DNA of 64,000 nucleotides from a virus. Lineage: Duplodnaviria > Caudoviricetes. The notes below the pieces were generated by a model. The model made no database searches, was not told where the DNA came from, and worked only from the letters and a program-made list of their open reading frames with translations. Shown in pieces: positions 18,944 through 28,239 of this stretch (positions are counted from its first letter, which is position 1; every line of letters starts with the position of its first letter). Where the stretch lies: IMG/VR virus record IMGVR_UViG_3300005937_000004, positions 1 to 64,000 of that record; one strand, 5' to 3'. The position numbers and the translations under genes were made by a program.

Positions 18944-19446
18944 TGTCATTCCTGGAACCAAAGCCTTTTCGTGAGGGTAAAATCACCCTGGACCCTTTGG
19001 GGTGGGACCAGGGTGAAATCCTTCTAATCCCTTATTCAGCGATCCCAAAGAAAGGGAACCCGATCGGGCTTTTGCCGCTGACTGCTGGCGATCGCGGACT
19101 CAATTTTGCTAGGTCACTCACAGGCGGCATTCAAATAGGTAAAGTGCCCGGGTACTGGACCATTCCATACACTGGCTTCATTACCGCTGTTGTCCTGAAC
19201 ACCAACCAAGGCGGATTCAAAATCAGGTTCTGGAAAGCTTCAGGGCACGCTCCGACTGTGGAAGATGTGATCAATCGCGACGGTTACACCATTCAGGCTC
19301 CCGACACGCACAAGGAATACTTTGATCTAAGCGATTTCACCACGATTACCGTTAATAATGGTGACACGTTCGCAGCGGAGATTATGCAGGTCATTGAACC
19401 AACTCCTACTGATGTATCCGGCAATGTGGTGGTCTTCCAGATTTAA
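18943..19446 (+). CDS. Hypothetical virion protein
   Basis: 167 aa, coupled to both neighbours. Confidence 0.55.
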   Translation: MSFLEPKPFREGKITLDPLGWDQGEILLIPYSAIPKKGNPIGLLPLTAGDRGLNFARSLTGGIQIGKVPGYWTIPYTGFITAVVLNTNQGGFKIRFWKASGHAPTVEDVINRDGYTIQAPDTHKEYFDLSDFTTITVNNGDTFAAEIMQVIEPTPTDVSGNVVVFQI

Positions 19447-20381
19447 TGACCAATTACGTCCAAGGTCTAAGCGCAGATTGTAGTCCCGCTGATCATTTCA
19501 GAGCTTGGGCGCAATTCATAGAAGACTCCCTGGTTATGGGTGGTTGGATCGTCACCAATGATACCGGTCAAACCAAGCCGCAGGATCTCCAGGTTCCCAC
19601 TGCCGGGCAACAGAAAAAGGGGTTCCGGATCTATCAGATGAACGATGATCTGCAGGCCGAAGCCCCGGTGTATATGCGGCTCGATTTCGGGAGCGGGTTC
19701 TCCAATTTTGGAACGCCCTATAGCCCGTCGGTATGGATAACGCTGGGAGGTGGCACCAACACTATCGGAGACATCACTAATGTATGGCTGAACAGCGCTT
19801 ATGTTGAATCACATCAAGCTAGCGGGGTCAGTGATTGTTATGCCAGTGTAGACAAAGGTCGATGTGCCTTCGGAATGTTTGTTGGACCTGTTCCGGGAAA
19901 TACCAATGCCGGTTCATTCGCGTTTAGTGTTGAACGTTGGAAAGATGAACTTGGAAAAGACATCGACGAAGGGCTCCTGGTTGTTTATACCAGCAGGCGA
20001 AGTGTTCAGGGAAACGTGCAGATTTGCTTGTCTTATTCTCCCACCTGCTATTTCGAAGTACCTTTGCAACGACAACAGCCTATCGACGTTGGTCTAAATT
20101 TTGTTCACACCACCAGCGATCCTTCTCCCACCCACTTTGGAGACAGAGGAGTTGGAGTATTGTTCCATTTCTTTGGCATAGCGCTACAGCCCGGGAAAAA
20201 CTGGGTGATCTGCAACGCCACCGATACAGCTGGCCCTATCCTGCTGGTAACCATGTACGATGAACTCATTCCGTATCTGGCAGTTAATCTAATTCCGACC
20301 GTAGCAGCTATTGGCCCTGCGGGATTTGGAGCATCTGAGATTGGAGACACTTTTCGGAAAGTACTAATGAGGTACGACTAA
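19446..20381 (+). CDS. Virion protein paralogue 1 of 3
   Basis: Shares WAxxIExxL...GWxVxxxTGxTxP, YMRxDFG and C-terminal LMRYD with the next two genes. Confidence 0.7.
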   Translation: MTNYVQGLSADCSPADHFRAWAQFIEDSLVMGGWIVTNDTGQTKPQDLQVPTAGQQKKGFRIYQMNDDLQAEAPVYMRLDFGSGFSNFGTPYSPSVWITLGGGTNTIGDITNVWLNSAYVESHQASGVSDCYASVDKGRCAFGMFVGPVPGNTNAGSFAFSVERWKDELGKDIDEGLLVVYTSRRSVQGNVQICLSYSPTCYFEVPLQRQQPIDVGLNFVHTTSDPSPTHFGDRGVGVLFHFFGIALQPGKNWVICNATDTAGPILLVTMYDELIPYLAVNLIPTVAAIGPAGFGASEIGDTFRKVLMRYD

Positions 20382-21391
20382 TGGCTACGATGTTTAGCGC
20401 GGATCTGGTGCCCGACACTTATGTCGCTGCAAACATACAAGGCTGGGCCAGTTGGATTGAATCGGTCTTAACGACCATTGCCGGATGGACTGTGACCAGC
20501 GATACCGGACAAACTCTTCCCAGCGCTTTACCGGCAGGCACTGCCCAGAACCAGAGACTTGGTTATCGCGTCTACGAGATGCACGATGAATTCACTGACG
20601 ATCAGCCGATCTTTATGCGGATCGATTTTGGGACCGGTATGACCAGTGGAACCCCACCAAGTTCGATAGGTTACACACCCGGCATAAATTTTTCATTCGG
20701 GGCTGGTACAGATGGCGCAGGGAACCTGACAGGGATCTATTGGAACGGCCAAGGCTGGCACCCGAGCTCGCTACACACTGTCTACACTAATAGCCATCCT
20801 TCCCAGCCACCGATAACTTTCAGAACCAGGAGTTACGCCAGAGCTGATAACAGCAGTTTTATTCTCGGATTATTCATTCTCGAAGGAAACAATCCAGCCG
20901 GGTTTTTTGGATCAGAGCAGATTACTTTTTCCCTTGAGCGAAGCAGGGATCGGGATGGCATTTATACTGGGGACGGACTCCTGATCAGCTATACTGATAA
21001 CCAGATCCTAGGTGGCGGTGGAACAGTGATGGCGCTTAATGCCACCAAATACCTGATCCTGGATCGACCTGGACGAGCTCAGCCTCCATTAGAAAAAGGT
21101 CTTTCTTACCCATACATCAGGCATACCCCGGCTTACTCGTATGACGGGACTATTCCCTGCGCATTGTGCAGCCATTTCAGGGGAACAGCGCAACAACCTG
21201 GGATTAACTTCATAATGATGGGGGCCAACGATATTTCTGCCGAAGGTCAATACCAAGTGGTCCAATACGGACAGACGCGCATCTATCAAAACTTACGATA
21301 TCTGATGACAGGAAGAGCGGCAGCAGGTCCAGTGGGATCAGCTGGTCCACTCAATGACGCCGGGTGCAGGATCTCCATGCTGTATGACTGA
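20381..21391 (+). CDS. Virion protein paralogue 2 of 3
   Basis: Same shared motifs; ends RISMLYD. Confidence 0.7.
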   Translation: MATMFSADLVPDTYVAANIQGWASWIESVLTTIAGWTVTSDTGQTLPSALPAGTAQNQRLGYRVYEMHDEFTDDQPIFMRIDFGTGMTSGTPPSSIGYTPGINFSFGAGTDGAGNLTGIYWNGQGWHPSSLHTVYTNSHPSQPPITFRTRSYARADNSSFILGLFILEGNNPAGFFGSEQITFSLERSRDRDGIYTGDGLLISYTDNQILGGGGTVMALNATKYLILDRPGRAQPPLEKGLSYPYIRHTPAYSYDGTIPCALCSHFRGTAQQPGINFIMMGANDISAEGQYQVVQYGQTRIYQNLRYLMTGRAAAGPVGSAGPLNDAGCRISMLYD

Positions 21392-21411
21392 TGACATAAG
21401 GCATTCATTCG

Positions 21412-22311
21412 ATGGCCACTAAATTCTCTGCCTCCTTGCTCCCGAGTTGTTCTACTAACGCTCTTTTCCAGGCTTGGGCGCAGTTTATAGAAGACGCCCT
21501 GGTATCGACTGGTGGCTGGCAGGTCTCAACTGAGACCGGTGAAACTCTTCCCGGAGCCCTGGTAGCTCCGACTGCTGGAAACCAGAAACGAGGATTTCGT
21601 GTGTACCGGATGACCGATGCCGGTCCGTCGACATATATGCGGATCGATTATGGCAGTTCCGGTGCTACTGCCACTCCCGGGATCTGGATCACGATCGGAC
21701 CCGGAACCAATGGTTCAGGTGTGATTACCGCTCCATTATGGAACGGAGGTGCATCAGCTGCGCCAAATGTCAGTTCCAACACCAACATCGCTTCAGGTAC
21801 ATTCAATTCTTACGCCAGTGCTTCTACCGACCGGTTCGCCATGTGTTTATTCGTGTCTGGAAACTCCGCATACCACATGTGTTTCACGATCGAGCGCACC
21901 AAGAACAGCTCAGGCGGCAACACCACAGACGGACTTTTACTGGTCTATCGTGACGGTCAAACGACTTCAAACGGGATCGCGCATTCCAGATTCCTGATCA
22001 ATATTGGCGGTTCCCAACCAACTGTCGAAACAGGATTAAGCTACATCCTCAGCCAGCGATCACCGAGCGAAACTTTCGGAGGCGACATCCAGGCTGGTAT
22101 TGTTTCACACTTCAAAGGAACCGCACAACAGCCCGGAACCAATATTCTGATCACAAATGCGAGCGACGTCAGCGCCGAGGGAACAATCAACGTGGGCCTG
22201 TATAATCAGACCAGGACATACGTTCAACTCAATGCGCTTCCGCCTTATCAGGCATTGGTGGGAAGCAGCGTAGTGGACGGCAGTGCCCGTATTCTGATGA
22301 GGTACGATTAA
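21412..22311 (+). CDS. Virion protein paralogue 3 of 3
   Basis: Same shared motifs; ends RILMRYD; ATGACA 15 nt upstream. Confidence 0.7.
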   Translation: MATKFSASLLPSCSTNALFQAWAQFIEDALVSTGGWQVSTETGETLPGALVAPTAGNQKRGFRVYRMTDAGPSTYMRIDYGSSGATATPGIWITIGPGTNGSGVITAPLWNGGASAAPNVSSNTNIASGTFNSYASASTDRFAMCLFVSGNSAYHMCFTIERTKNSSGGNTTDGLLLVYRDGQTTSNGIAHSRFLINIGGSQPTVETGLSYILSQRSPSETFGGDIQAGIVSHFKGTAQQPGTNILITNASDVSAEGTINVGLYNQTRTYVQLNALPPYQALVGSSVVDGSARILMRYD

Positions 22312-22604
22312 TGGCCACGATTGTAAATTATTATCAGATCGCCACTACCCATGCGGATGGGACGCCAGCGTATGGATTAAACCAGGTTATCATCGGCGGA
22401 GTCGATCATGGGGCTGGCATCGAACCCAGGTTAAAAGGCATCATAAGATACGTTCCATGTAGAACTGGGCTACAGGAAGACGATCTCGTTCCTCAGGCAG
22501 CGCGAATAGCCCGGGTGTACATCCCGGAACCGCTTGTGGGGATGAATACTGTGACCGTTACCAGGATCGATGACGAGTCTACGGGGTGGACCGGAGGAAA
22601 TTGA
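22311..22604 (+). CDS. Hypothetical protein
   Basis: 97 aa, TAATG-coupled. Confidence 0.55.
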   Translation: MATIVNYYQIATTHADGTPAYGLNQVIIGGVDHGAGIEPRLKGIIRYVPCRTGLQEDDLVPQAARIARVYIPEPLVGMNTVTVTRIDDESTGWTGGN

Positions 22605-22621
22605 CATTCCCGAGTTGAGCG

Positions 22622-23224
22622 ATGCCAGTCGTCCCCTTCTACTTCGATCTGACGACCAGGAGATTCACCAATCCTATCGGGGGAAGTCTGACTACACCGT
22701 TCACCGGAAAACAGGGTGATGTCATCACCTATCAGCTGGCGGTGCTCCAGGGAACGGCTGTCCCGATCGACTTGGGTTGCATCGCCATGCGCCTCGGAGT
22801 AAAAGATCCGAAGGCTCTTACCTCTGCTTATCTTTCAGAATGTTTCGGTGAAAAGAGTGGGAGCGCGCAATATGCCCGGTGGCAGTTCGACCTGGATTTA
22901 AGTCAGCTTAACGGAAACTTGCCAGCGTCCAATACCAATTTTGTTCCATTAGCATTAGAGCTTGAGATCCAGCTGCATGGTCAACGCATTGCCAGCCCCC
23001 TGCAGCAGTTCGTGCTTGAGAAGACAATGGGCATCGAAATCATTCTTCTATGCCCTGGGTCCGGCATGTTCAGGATCACTGGACAACCTGTCACGTTCCT
23101 CTGGATGAACGCCGAAATCGGCCATTTTGCGATCAATGGACAAGATATCACCACCAACTGGTTGTCGGTGGAGTCCGGTCATTTCGCTTACACTGGGCAG
23201 GACGTCAGCTTCAGATTGACATGA
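22622..23224 (+). CDS. Baseplate-upper-like adaptor protein, putative
   Basis: FTGKQGDVITYQLAV-type N-terminus; TTGACA 15 nt upstream (22601). Confidence 0.45.
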   Translation: MPVVPFYFDLTTRRFTNPIGGSLTTPFTGKQGDVITYQLAVLQGTAVPIDLGCIAMRLGVKDPKALTSAYLSECFGEKSGSAQYARWQFDLDLSQLNGNLPASNTNFVPLALELEIQLHGQRIASPLQQFVLEKTMGIEIILLCPGSGMFRITGQPVTFLWMNAEIGHFAINGQDITTNWLSVESGHFAYTGQDVSFRLT

Positions 23225-23238
23225 GGAGGTTTCACTAA

Positions 23239-23658
23239 ATGGCTCTATTCCATAAGTTCAACCAATTTTCGGAGGACGTAGCACAAGGGGTGCACAAATT
23301 AAAGCCCAGCGCAGACGCATTGCAGCTGGCGCTTACCAACACTCAACCCAGCCCGGCTGACGAAGTTCTCTCTGACCTGACGGAAATTTCATACACCAAT
23401 TTATCCAGTCGCGCTGTCACCATTACTGGAAGCGGACAGGCCCTTGGTGTCTTTACGCTTATTTGTGCCGATGTGGTGCTCACGGCTTCAGGAGTGGTAG
23501 CCGGTTTTCGTTATGTAGTCCTGTATAATACGACTCCGACGACTCCTTTGAAACCTCTTATTGGATGGTGGGACCAGGGAAGCGTTGTATCCATGACAAA
23601 TGGCCAGGTCTTTACCATTTCATTCGATAACACTTTGGGCGTGTTGCAGTTAGAATAA
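23239..23658 (+). CDS. Conserved small phage structural protein
   Basis: GAGGAGG RBS; KFNQFSEDVAQGVH...LALTN...FRYVVLYN family pattern. Confidence 0.65.
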   Translation: MALFHKFNQFSEDVAQGVHKLKPSADALQLALTNTQPSPADEVLSDLTEISYTNLSSRAVTITGSGQALGVFTLICADVVLTASGVVAGFRYVVLYNTTPTTPLKPLIGWWDQGSVVSMTNGQVFTISFDNTLGVLQLE

Positions 23659-23659
23659 T

Positions 23660-23899
23660 GTGTTTAAGGATCGATCTACGCTCGATATCGTGGTCATCCT
23701 TCTCACTGCGATGGTTAGTTTAACTATCGTTCTATCGGCCATGGGAATTATCGTCATGCGGATGACGCATCCAAATGTTGATGTCCAAAAAGGTGCTGAC
23801 GTAATCGGAAACGTCATACAGACAGTAGTTGGAGCCTTAGTCGGGTTTATTGGCGGCAGAGCCGTTGGAAAATTGGAAGCAACAAACGGAGGACATTGA
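23660..23899 (+). CDS. Holin, putative
   Basis: 79 aa, two hydrophobic segments, directly upstream of the hydrolase gene. Confidence 0.65.
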   Translation: MFKDRSTLDIVVILLTAMVSLTIVLSAMGIIVMRMTHPNVDVQKGADVIGNVIQTVVGALVGFIGGRAVGKLEATNGGH

Positions 23900-24378
23900 T
23901 GCAGCTGCATGTACTGGTTGAAATCGGTGGAGTAAAAATCTGGACCGGATACGAAGGCGGCTACATCTGTTTTATTTCGAATCTGGACATCTGCAATGAC
24001 GGCAGCGGACCATCTCACGGCGATCCATATTACCAGAGCCAGACTGCTTACTACAATGGCGGAAAATATCTGAACGCCGACGTCGACAAATACATAGTGA
24101 TCCCACCGCAATGTCGAACAATGGTTCCTCCGGTAGTGATGGGATGCCAGGCACGCATGACCAACATGCTCACAGCCAAATGGCACGCTGCGGTCACAGG
24201 CGAGATCGGCCCGAGCAACAAAACTGGTGAAGCTGCTTATTGTTTGGCGGAAATCATTAATCCTGAAATTACGTATAACCAGGGCGATTCGCGGATGATT
24301 TATTTTTATGAGCTTTGGCCTGGGATACCGGCCAAGGTTAGTGACAAAACTTACAAGCTGGAACCGGCTGGTGGATGA
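23896..24378 (+). CDS. GH75 chitosanase-like glycoside hydrolase, putative endolysin
   Basis: LDICNDGSG, QSQTAY, LNADVDKYIVIP and GEIGPSNKTGEAA match the GH75 motif layout; follows the holin. Confidence 0.65.
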   Translation: MMQLHVLVEIGGVKIWTGYEGGYICFISNLDICNDGSGPSHGDPYYQSQTAYYNGGKYLNADVDKYIVIPPQCRTMVPPVVMGCQARMTNMLTAKWHAAVTGEIGPSNKTGEAAYCLAEIINPEITYNQGDSRMIYFYELWPGIPAKVSDKTYKLEPAGG

Positions 24379-24569
24379 GCAACAAGAATGGGTACAAAGC
24401 TGAGCTGGAACACCGGGAAAAGGTGATCAAAAAGAGCCAGCGTTTGCAGGGGTTGCGAGATCTACTCTTAACCTACGAAGAAGCCGGGATCGAGAACAAC
24501 GAAGTCGCTGCTCTACGATCCCGGGTTCGACGTACTCATATCCAACTTGTGGCAATGGGCGGACTTTAA
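24375..24569 (+). CDS. Hypothetical protein, last gene of the late operon
   Basis: 64 aa, ATGA-coupled; converges with the minus-strand block. Confidence 0.5.
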   Translation: MSNKNGYKAELEHREKVIKKSQRLQGLRDLLLTYEEAGIENNEVAALRSRVRRTHIQLVAMGGL

Positions 24570-24823
24570 CGCACCAGGTTACTGGCGGTATAAGTCATAC
24601 CTTTCGGTGCCACAGTGGATGTCATGATCGACATTCCACTACCGCTTGCTCCGATTGGCGAATCTTCCCATTGCTGAACATTGCCGGTCAGGGTTGCCCT
24701 AATATCACCTGGCATACTGGGTTGCGCTTCGCGTGCTCTTTTGCGAACCGCTTCCCATTTAAGCTGCGTTGGATCTTTCGAGGCAGGCGCAGCGCCCTGA
24801 CTCACACGCAAAAAGGGCGGCAA
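24566..24823 (-). CDS. Hypothetical protein
   Basis: ORF track; true start may be GTG near 24804. Confidence 0.45.
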   Translation of the reverse strand: MPPFLRVSQGAAPASKDPTQLKWEAVRKRAREAQPSMPGDIRATLTGNVQQWEDSPIGASGSGMSIMTSTVAPKGMTYTASNLVR

Positions 24824-25032
24824 TAAACTTTCACTCGATCGAGATTGATCTCACCGTTTTTCCCTTCAGCCCTGAAGTCTGTCACCGCTTTAATGGCTGC
24901 AGCTTGATCGCCTTCCGCGACCACTGATCTCGGTGGCATGACAAGTGTTTCGCCCTTGCCTTCTTCTTCTTCTTTTTTGGTTGGTAACTGCGTTAATGCT
25001 ACTTCGTATAACATAGGATTAAAAGTGGGCAA
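24802..25032 (-). CDS. Hypothetical protein
   Basis: 76-aa ORF with a natural-looking composition. Confidence 0.55.
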   Translation of the reverse strand: MPTFNPMLYEVALTQLPTKKEEEEGKGETLVMPPRSVVAEGDQAAAIKAVTDFRAEGKNGEINLDRVKVYCRPFCV

Positions 25033-25053
25033 CCACTCGTAGGCAGGTTGCCC
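25027..25053. promoter_or_regulatory. Perfect 8-bp hairpin between genes
   Basis: GGGCAACC-11 nt-GGTTGCCC; no clear U-tract. Confidence 0.4.
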
Positions 25054-25069
25054 AATCGCCTGTTGTTTA

Positions 25070-25432
25070 TTAACCGTATTTGAGTCTGTTATATTCCCGG
25101 AAAGAGACCGGTGAACCTTCCCACAGGTAATCCTTCGAATCCCAATAAGGATCGTAAGTTATTCCCTTGAGAGCTTTCCTGATCTGGCGGAGTCGCTCCT
25201 TCCTGTTCAACTTCTTCCGTGTAACATGTTTTGGCAGAAGCTTCTTAAACCAAAACTGATAGATCCTCAGATAGAAGTTTGGATGGTAGTTGATCAACCA
25301 GATGTTAGCGCCGATGAATGACGCTATTCCGACAACGATGAGGAATACCATACCTACGTTGTGACAGGTGCAACTGTCGTCCACCTCAGCCTTCACCTCG
25401 TTTGAGGATGTCCTCGATTGCGACGTCTTCAT
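25070..25432 (-). CDS. Membrane-anchored hypothetical protein
   Basis: One hydrophobic helix then a basic tail; the start is probably internal. Confidence 0.5.
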   Translation of the reverse strand: MKTSQSRTSSNEVKAEVDDSCTCHNVGMVFLIVVGIASFIGANIWLINYHPNFYLRIYQFWFKKLLPKHVTRKKLNRKERLRQIRKALKGITYDPYWDSKDYLWEGSPVSFREYNRLKYG

Positions 25433-25889
25433 CCCATTGGGCTATGAAGTATTTGTTTGAGCAATCGCGGATCGTTCCAAAGAGGATCGGGTCCGGTGGC
25501 GGAATCATCTTGGTTGCGTTCTCCACTTTGAGAGTGGCAACCTCAAAGCCATCGAAGCACTTGAGCTCCTTGGCCTTTTTCAGTGCTTCCAGCACTGGAG
25601 TAGGCGGGATCTCTTCGTACTGATCGATTGGCGTGAAGTTCAACCGTTGCCAGGTTGATTTATAACTCCTGCCGATTCGGAGGACCGACAGGGTGCGTCG
25701 TCTGAGTTTTCGGTTGAACTTTTCAATGTTCTTCGGAGTCACAACCCTGTGATGCTCGGAAGCGATAGCCATTTTGCGGGCCATCTCGACTTTGCGATCG
25801 ACAGTGCGTGATGCTGCTTTAAGCCCGAGAAGTTCGAGCTCAGTCTTTAACGTGTCTTGGTTTTGTTTCGTCGTTGTTATTGTTTCCAT
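25386..25889 (-). CDS. Conserved phage hypothetical protein
   Basis: Start re-called at METITT; PDPILFG...YFIAQWDE motif. Confidence 0.65.
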   Translation of the reverse strand: METITTTKQNQDTLKTELELLGLKAASRTVDRKVEMARKMAIASEHHRVVTPKNIEKFNRKLRRRTLSVLRIGRSYKSTWQRLNFTPIDQYEEIPPTPVLEALKKAKELKCFDGFEVATLKVENATKMIPPPDPILFGTIRDCSNKYFIAQWDEDVAIEDILKRGEG

Positions 25890-26703
25890 TTTCAGTTTTA
25901 TGTTTGTTGAGGGCCTCTTGAAAGATGCCGCGCAACGCCTCAACTTGTTTGTGCGTCATCTGTTTGGTTAGTTCTGGGGTAATTTCCAGGCCTATCTCTT
26001 TTACTGCTTGATAGGTCTCTGCTTGCTTAATTTTGACGGTGTACTCGTGAAGAATGTCTTCACCTTTCTGAACCTGTTCCTCACTGACCTCTGTGGCTTT
26101 GGCTTCTCTCTCCTGCTGACGCTCGACTGCACCTGTATCTTCTGCTTGCTGCATTTCCTCAGTAGTATACAGGCCGCTAAGCTCTTGCGGGAACGCCTTC
26201 CGCAGTGCCAGAGCTTCTGCGACTTTGGCGATCATGACCTCACTCATCTTGCCCCAGAATTGGTTCAAGCTGCCTTCTTTATCGGTGACAGCGTATGAAT
26301 CAAACTTTGCTACCCCGTAACAGGGTTCCCTGAATCCTGTGCGCCATACACCGACCCTGGCTGCGGCTGGTGGACTCTTTGAGAGCCACACATCATACCA
26401 TTTGCCTGAGTGATCTGCCCATTCTGGTTTGGTTTGACCTTCGTACTCGCCGGTTCTTTCCGCAATCAATCGGAAGCCATCGATTGATACTTGGAAAGTA
26501 AGCGAGTATCGTTTGTTCTTGTTGTCCCAGCGTTTAACTGCGTAGAGCTGTCTGGCTACTGGGTCCAAGCCAGTTCTCCTAGCGTGATACAGAAACAACT
26601 TTAGCTCATCATCGGTTGCTCCTTGCTTCATCAGCATGGACTTGATTAAGTCCACTTGTTCCAGGGTTAACTCTCTTTCAGTCCGCGTCGTAAGTGTGCT
26701 CAT
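25840..26703 (-). CDS. bet: Phage recombination protein Bet (single-strand annealing)
   Basis: [27 protein letters not shown] and [28 protein letters not shown] are Bet-family motifs. Confidence 0.9.
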   Translation of the reverse strand: MSTLTTRTERELTLEQVDLIKSMLMKQGATDDELKLFLYHARRTGLDPVARQLYAVKRWDNKNKRYSLTFQVSIDGFRLIAERTGEYEGQTKPEWADHSGKWYDVWLSKSPPAAARVGVWRTGFREPCYGVAKFDSYAVTDKEGSLNQFWGKMSEVMIAKVAEALALRKAFPQELSGLYTTEEMQQAEDTGAVERQQEREAKATEVSEEQVQKGEDILHEYTVKIKQAETYQAVKEIGLEITPELTKQMTHKQVEALRGIFQEALNKHKTENGNNNNDETKPRHVKD

Positions 26704-26995
26704 TCAGGTTCCTTTCTCTTCTTCGGATTATTTCTATAACTACTTCGTACATCTGCTGTTTAGGCAAACGTTCGATAGTATCATGAGCCACGGGGCATAA
26801 AAGGCAAACTTGAAATAGTTCGTCTCCCCGGATGTCTGCGCGTTTTTTTGAATGAGCGAAACTGAGGCCGTCATAGTGCCAGCACGCATGAGGCCACCAC
26901 GCCTCGCAGTGGGTGATACCCGCCTGCTCGAATGTGACTTTTAGAATGCGTCTAGCGTTTTCCCAGGCTTTTGTCTTTTTGCCTCGGCGTCTCAC
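26678..26995 (-). CDS. HNH-like zinc nuclease, putative
   Basis: CE...C...AHSKKR...[11 protein letters not shown]. Confidence 0.55.
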   Translation of the reverse strand: MRRRGKKTKAWENARRILKVTFEQAGITHCEAWWPHACWHYDGLSFAHSKKRADIRGDELFQVCLLCPVAHDTIERLPKQQMYEVVIEIIRRRERNLNEHTYDAD

Positions 26996-27420
26996 CTATC
27001 GGGTTACTGCCCATACCAGCACGATGACCATGCTGATTGCCAGAAGCAGATACCAAATGAGTTTGGCTCTTTTTCTCTTCTGCCTGGCTACATCCAGGTT
27101 GTATGCTGTAGCCAGGAATACTGGTCGTCGGCTCTGGTAATGCTCTGGTAATGACATGCCTTTTGATTCCATATCGATGTTGGGTGGCGTGCTTTCTTTA
27201 TTTTCAGGTTTCAACTTTTCCTCCTCCTTTCTGGTTTTTTGATTCTGTAATCACATACATCCCAATCCCAGGATGGTTCCCAGCCTTCCAGGGTGTTGTG
27301 CCTCCAGATCCCTTCATGTTTGAGCTGCCATTCGATTGGATGACCTTCCAGGAAGAGTTGCATAATCAGCAGTCGTCCTTTCATTTCATCCACTAAAAAT
27401 CTAGTGTGTTCATATTGCAT
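26996..27420 (-). other. Two small hypothetical ORFs (26996-27214, membrane; 27211-27420)
   Basis: Coupled ORFs in the ORF track. Confidence 0.5.
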
Positions 27421-27453
27421 AAAGAATTTTCCTATAAAAGTTTCAGTTTTCGT

Positions 27454-27481
27454 TTGACAAAGAATTTGATTGCGTCAGGAT
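27454..27481 (+). promoter_or_regulatory. Possible sigma70-like promoter of the replication operon
   Basis: TTGACA at 27454 and a weak -10 (CAGGAT) 16 nt later, in the divergent AT-rich intergenic region. Confidence 0.35.
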
Positions 27482-27600
27482 CAGTTCGGTGATAAGCATA
27501 TTCAACAGACCTCTCAACGCTGCGGCTGGCGGCAAACTCAATAAAGAGCTTATCACCAAGCCGACGGTCGTAGCGTTGGGGGGTTTTTTCTTTTCTCTCA

Positions 27601-28239
27601 ATGTCCGTTCGTGCACTGACATGGGCGCTTGATCAGAAGACAGGCTCGCCAATCAGCAAGCTGGTTTTGCTCAAACTGGCTGACGCGGCCAACGATTCAG
27701 ATGGGCAATGCTGGCCATCGAGAGCAACAATAGCGGAAGAGTGTGAGCTGAGCTTTGAATCGGTAAAACGCCATATCAAACTGCTGGCCGATCAAGGATT
27801 GCTTGAGGTTTATCACAGGAAGCTCAGTTCCGTTCATTCATCTAACCTTTATCGGCTTCCCTTCAAGAGGGGGGTGGGGTCTGACAGACCCCAGGGTGGG
27901 GTCTCACAGACCCCAGGGGTAGGGTCTGACAGACCCCCTAACCATAATAAAGAACCAGAATTGAACCTATCCCCTATAGTCCCCGAACAGATCTACGATC
28001 TTTATCCTTTAAAAGCAGCAAAACCAAAGGCGATCGCCGCGATTAAGAAAGCCTTAGCAAAATATCCAGCCAAACTGCTATTGGAAAAGACCAGAGAATT
28101 TGCTGCTGCCAGAAATGGGGATTTGGAATTCTGTCCCATGCCAACCACCTGGTTTAATCAAGAGCGCTTTAATGACGAGCCCTCAACCTGGGTTCGCCAG
28201 AAACCAAAACAACCCAAGCCATATGATCCAATGATATGA
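27601..28239 (+). CDS. Phage replication initiator (HTH_36-like, lambda O analogue)
   Basis: KLVLLKLADAAND..GQCWPSRATIAEEC N-terminus; C-terminal PMPTTWFNQERFNDE; iterons inside the gene. Confidence 0.85.
   Translation: MSVRALTWALDQKTGSPISKLVLLKLADAANDSDGQCWPSRATIAEECELSFESVKRHIKLLADQGLLEVYHRKLSSVHSSNLYRLPFKRGVGSDRPQGGVSQTPGVGSDRPPNHNKEPELNLSPIVPEQIYDLYPLKAAKPKAIAAIKKALAKYPAKLLLEKTREFAAARNGDLEFCPMPTTWFNQERFNDEPSTWVRQKPKQPKPYDPMI
27876..27937. repeat. Replication-origin iterons: three 17-bp palindromes
   Basis: GGGGTCTGACAGACCCC (27876), GGGGTCTCACAGACCCC (27898), AGGGTCTGACAGACCCC (27921); 22-23 bp period. Confidence 0.8.

Noticed and set aside
19446-22311. Diversity-generating retroelement or invertible cassette behind the three paralogues
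   Set aside because: No reverse transcriptase, no near-identical TR/VR pair differing at adenines, and no recombinase seen in the window.
337-24186. Long antisense ORFs opposite the structural genes (e.g. 544-1317, 8823-9770, 23650-24186)
   Set aside because: Shadows of Ala/Thr/Gly-rich sense genes with no RBS or recognisable motifs.
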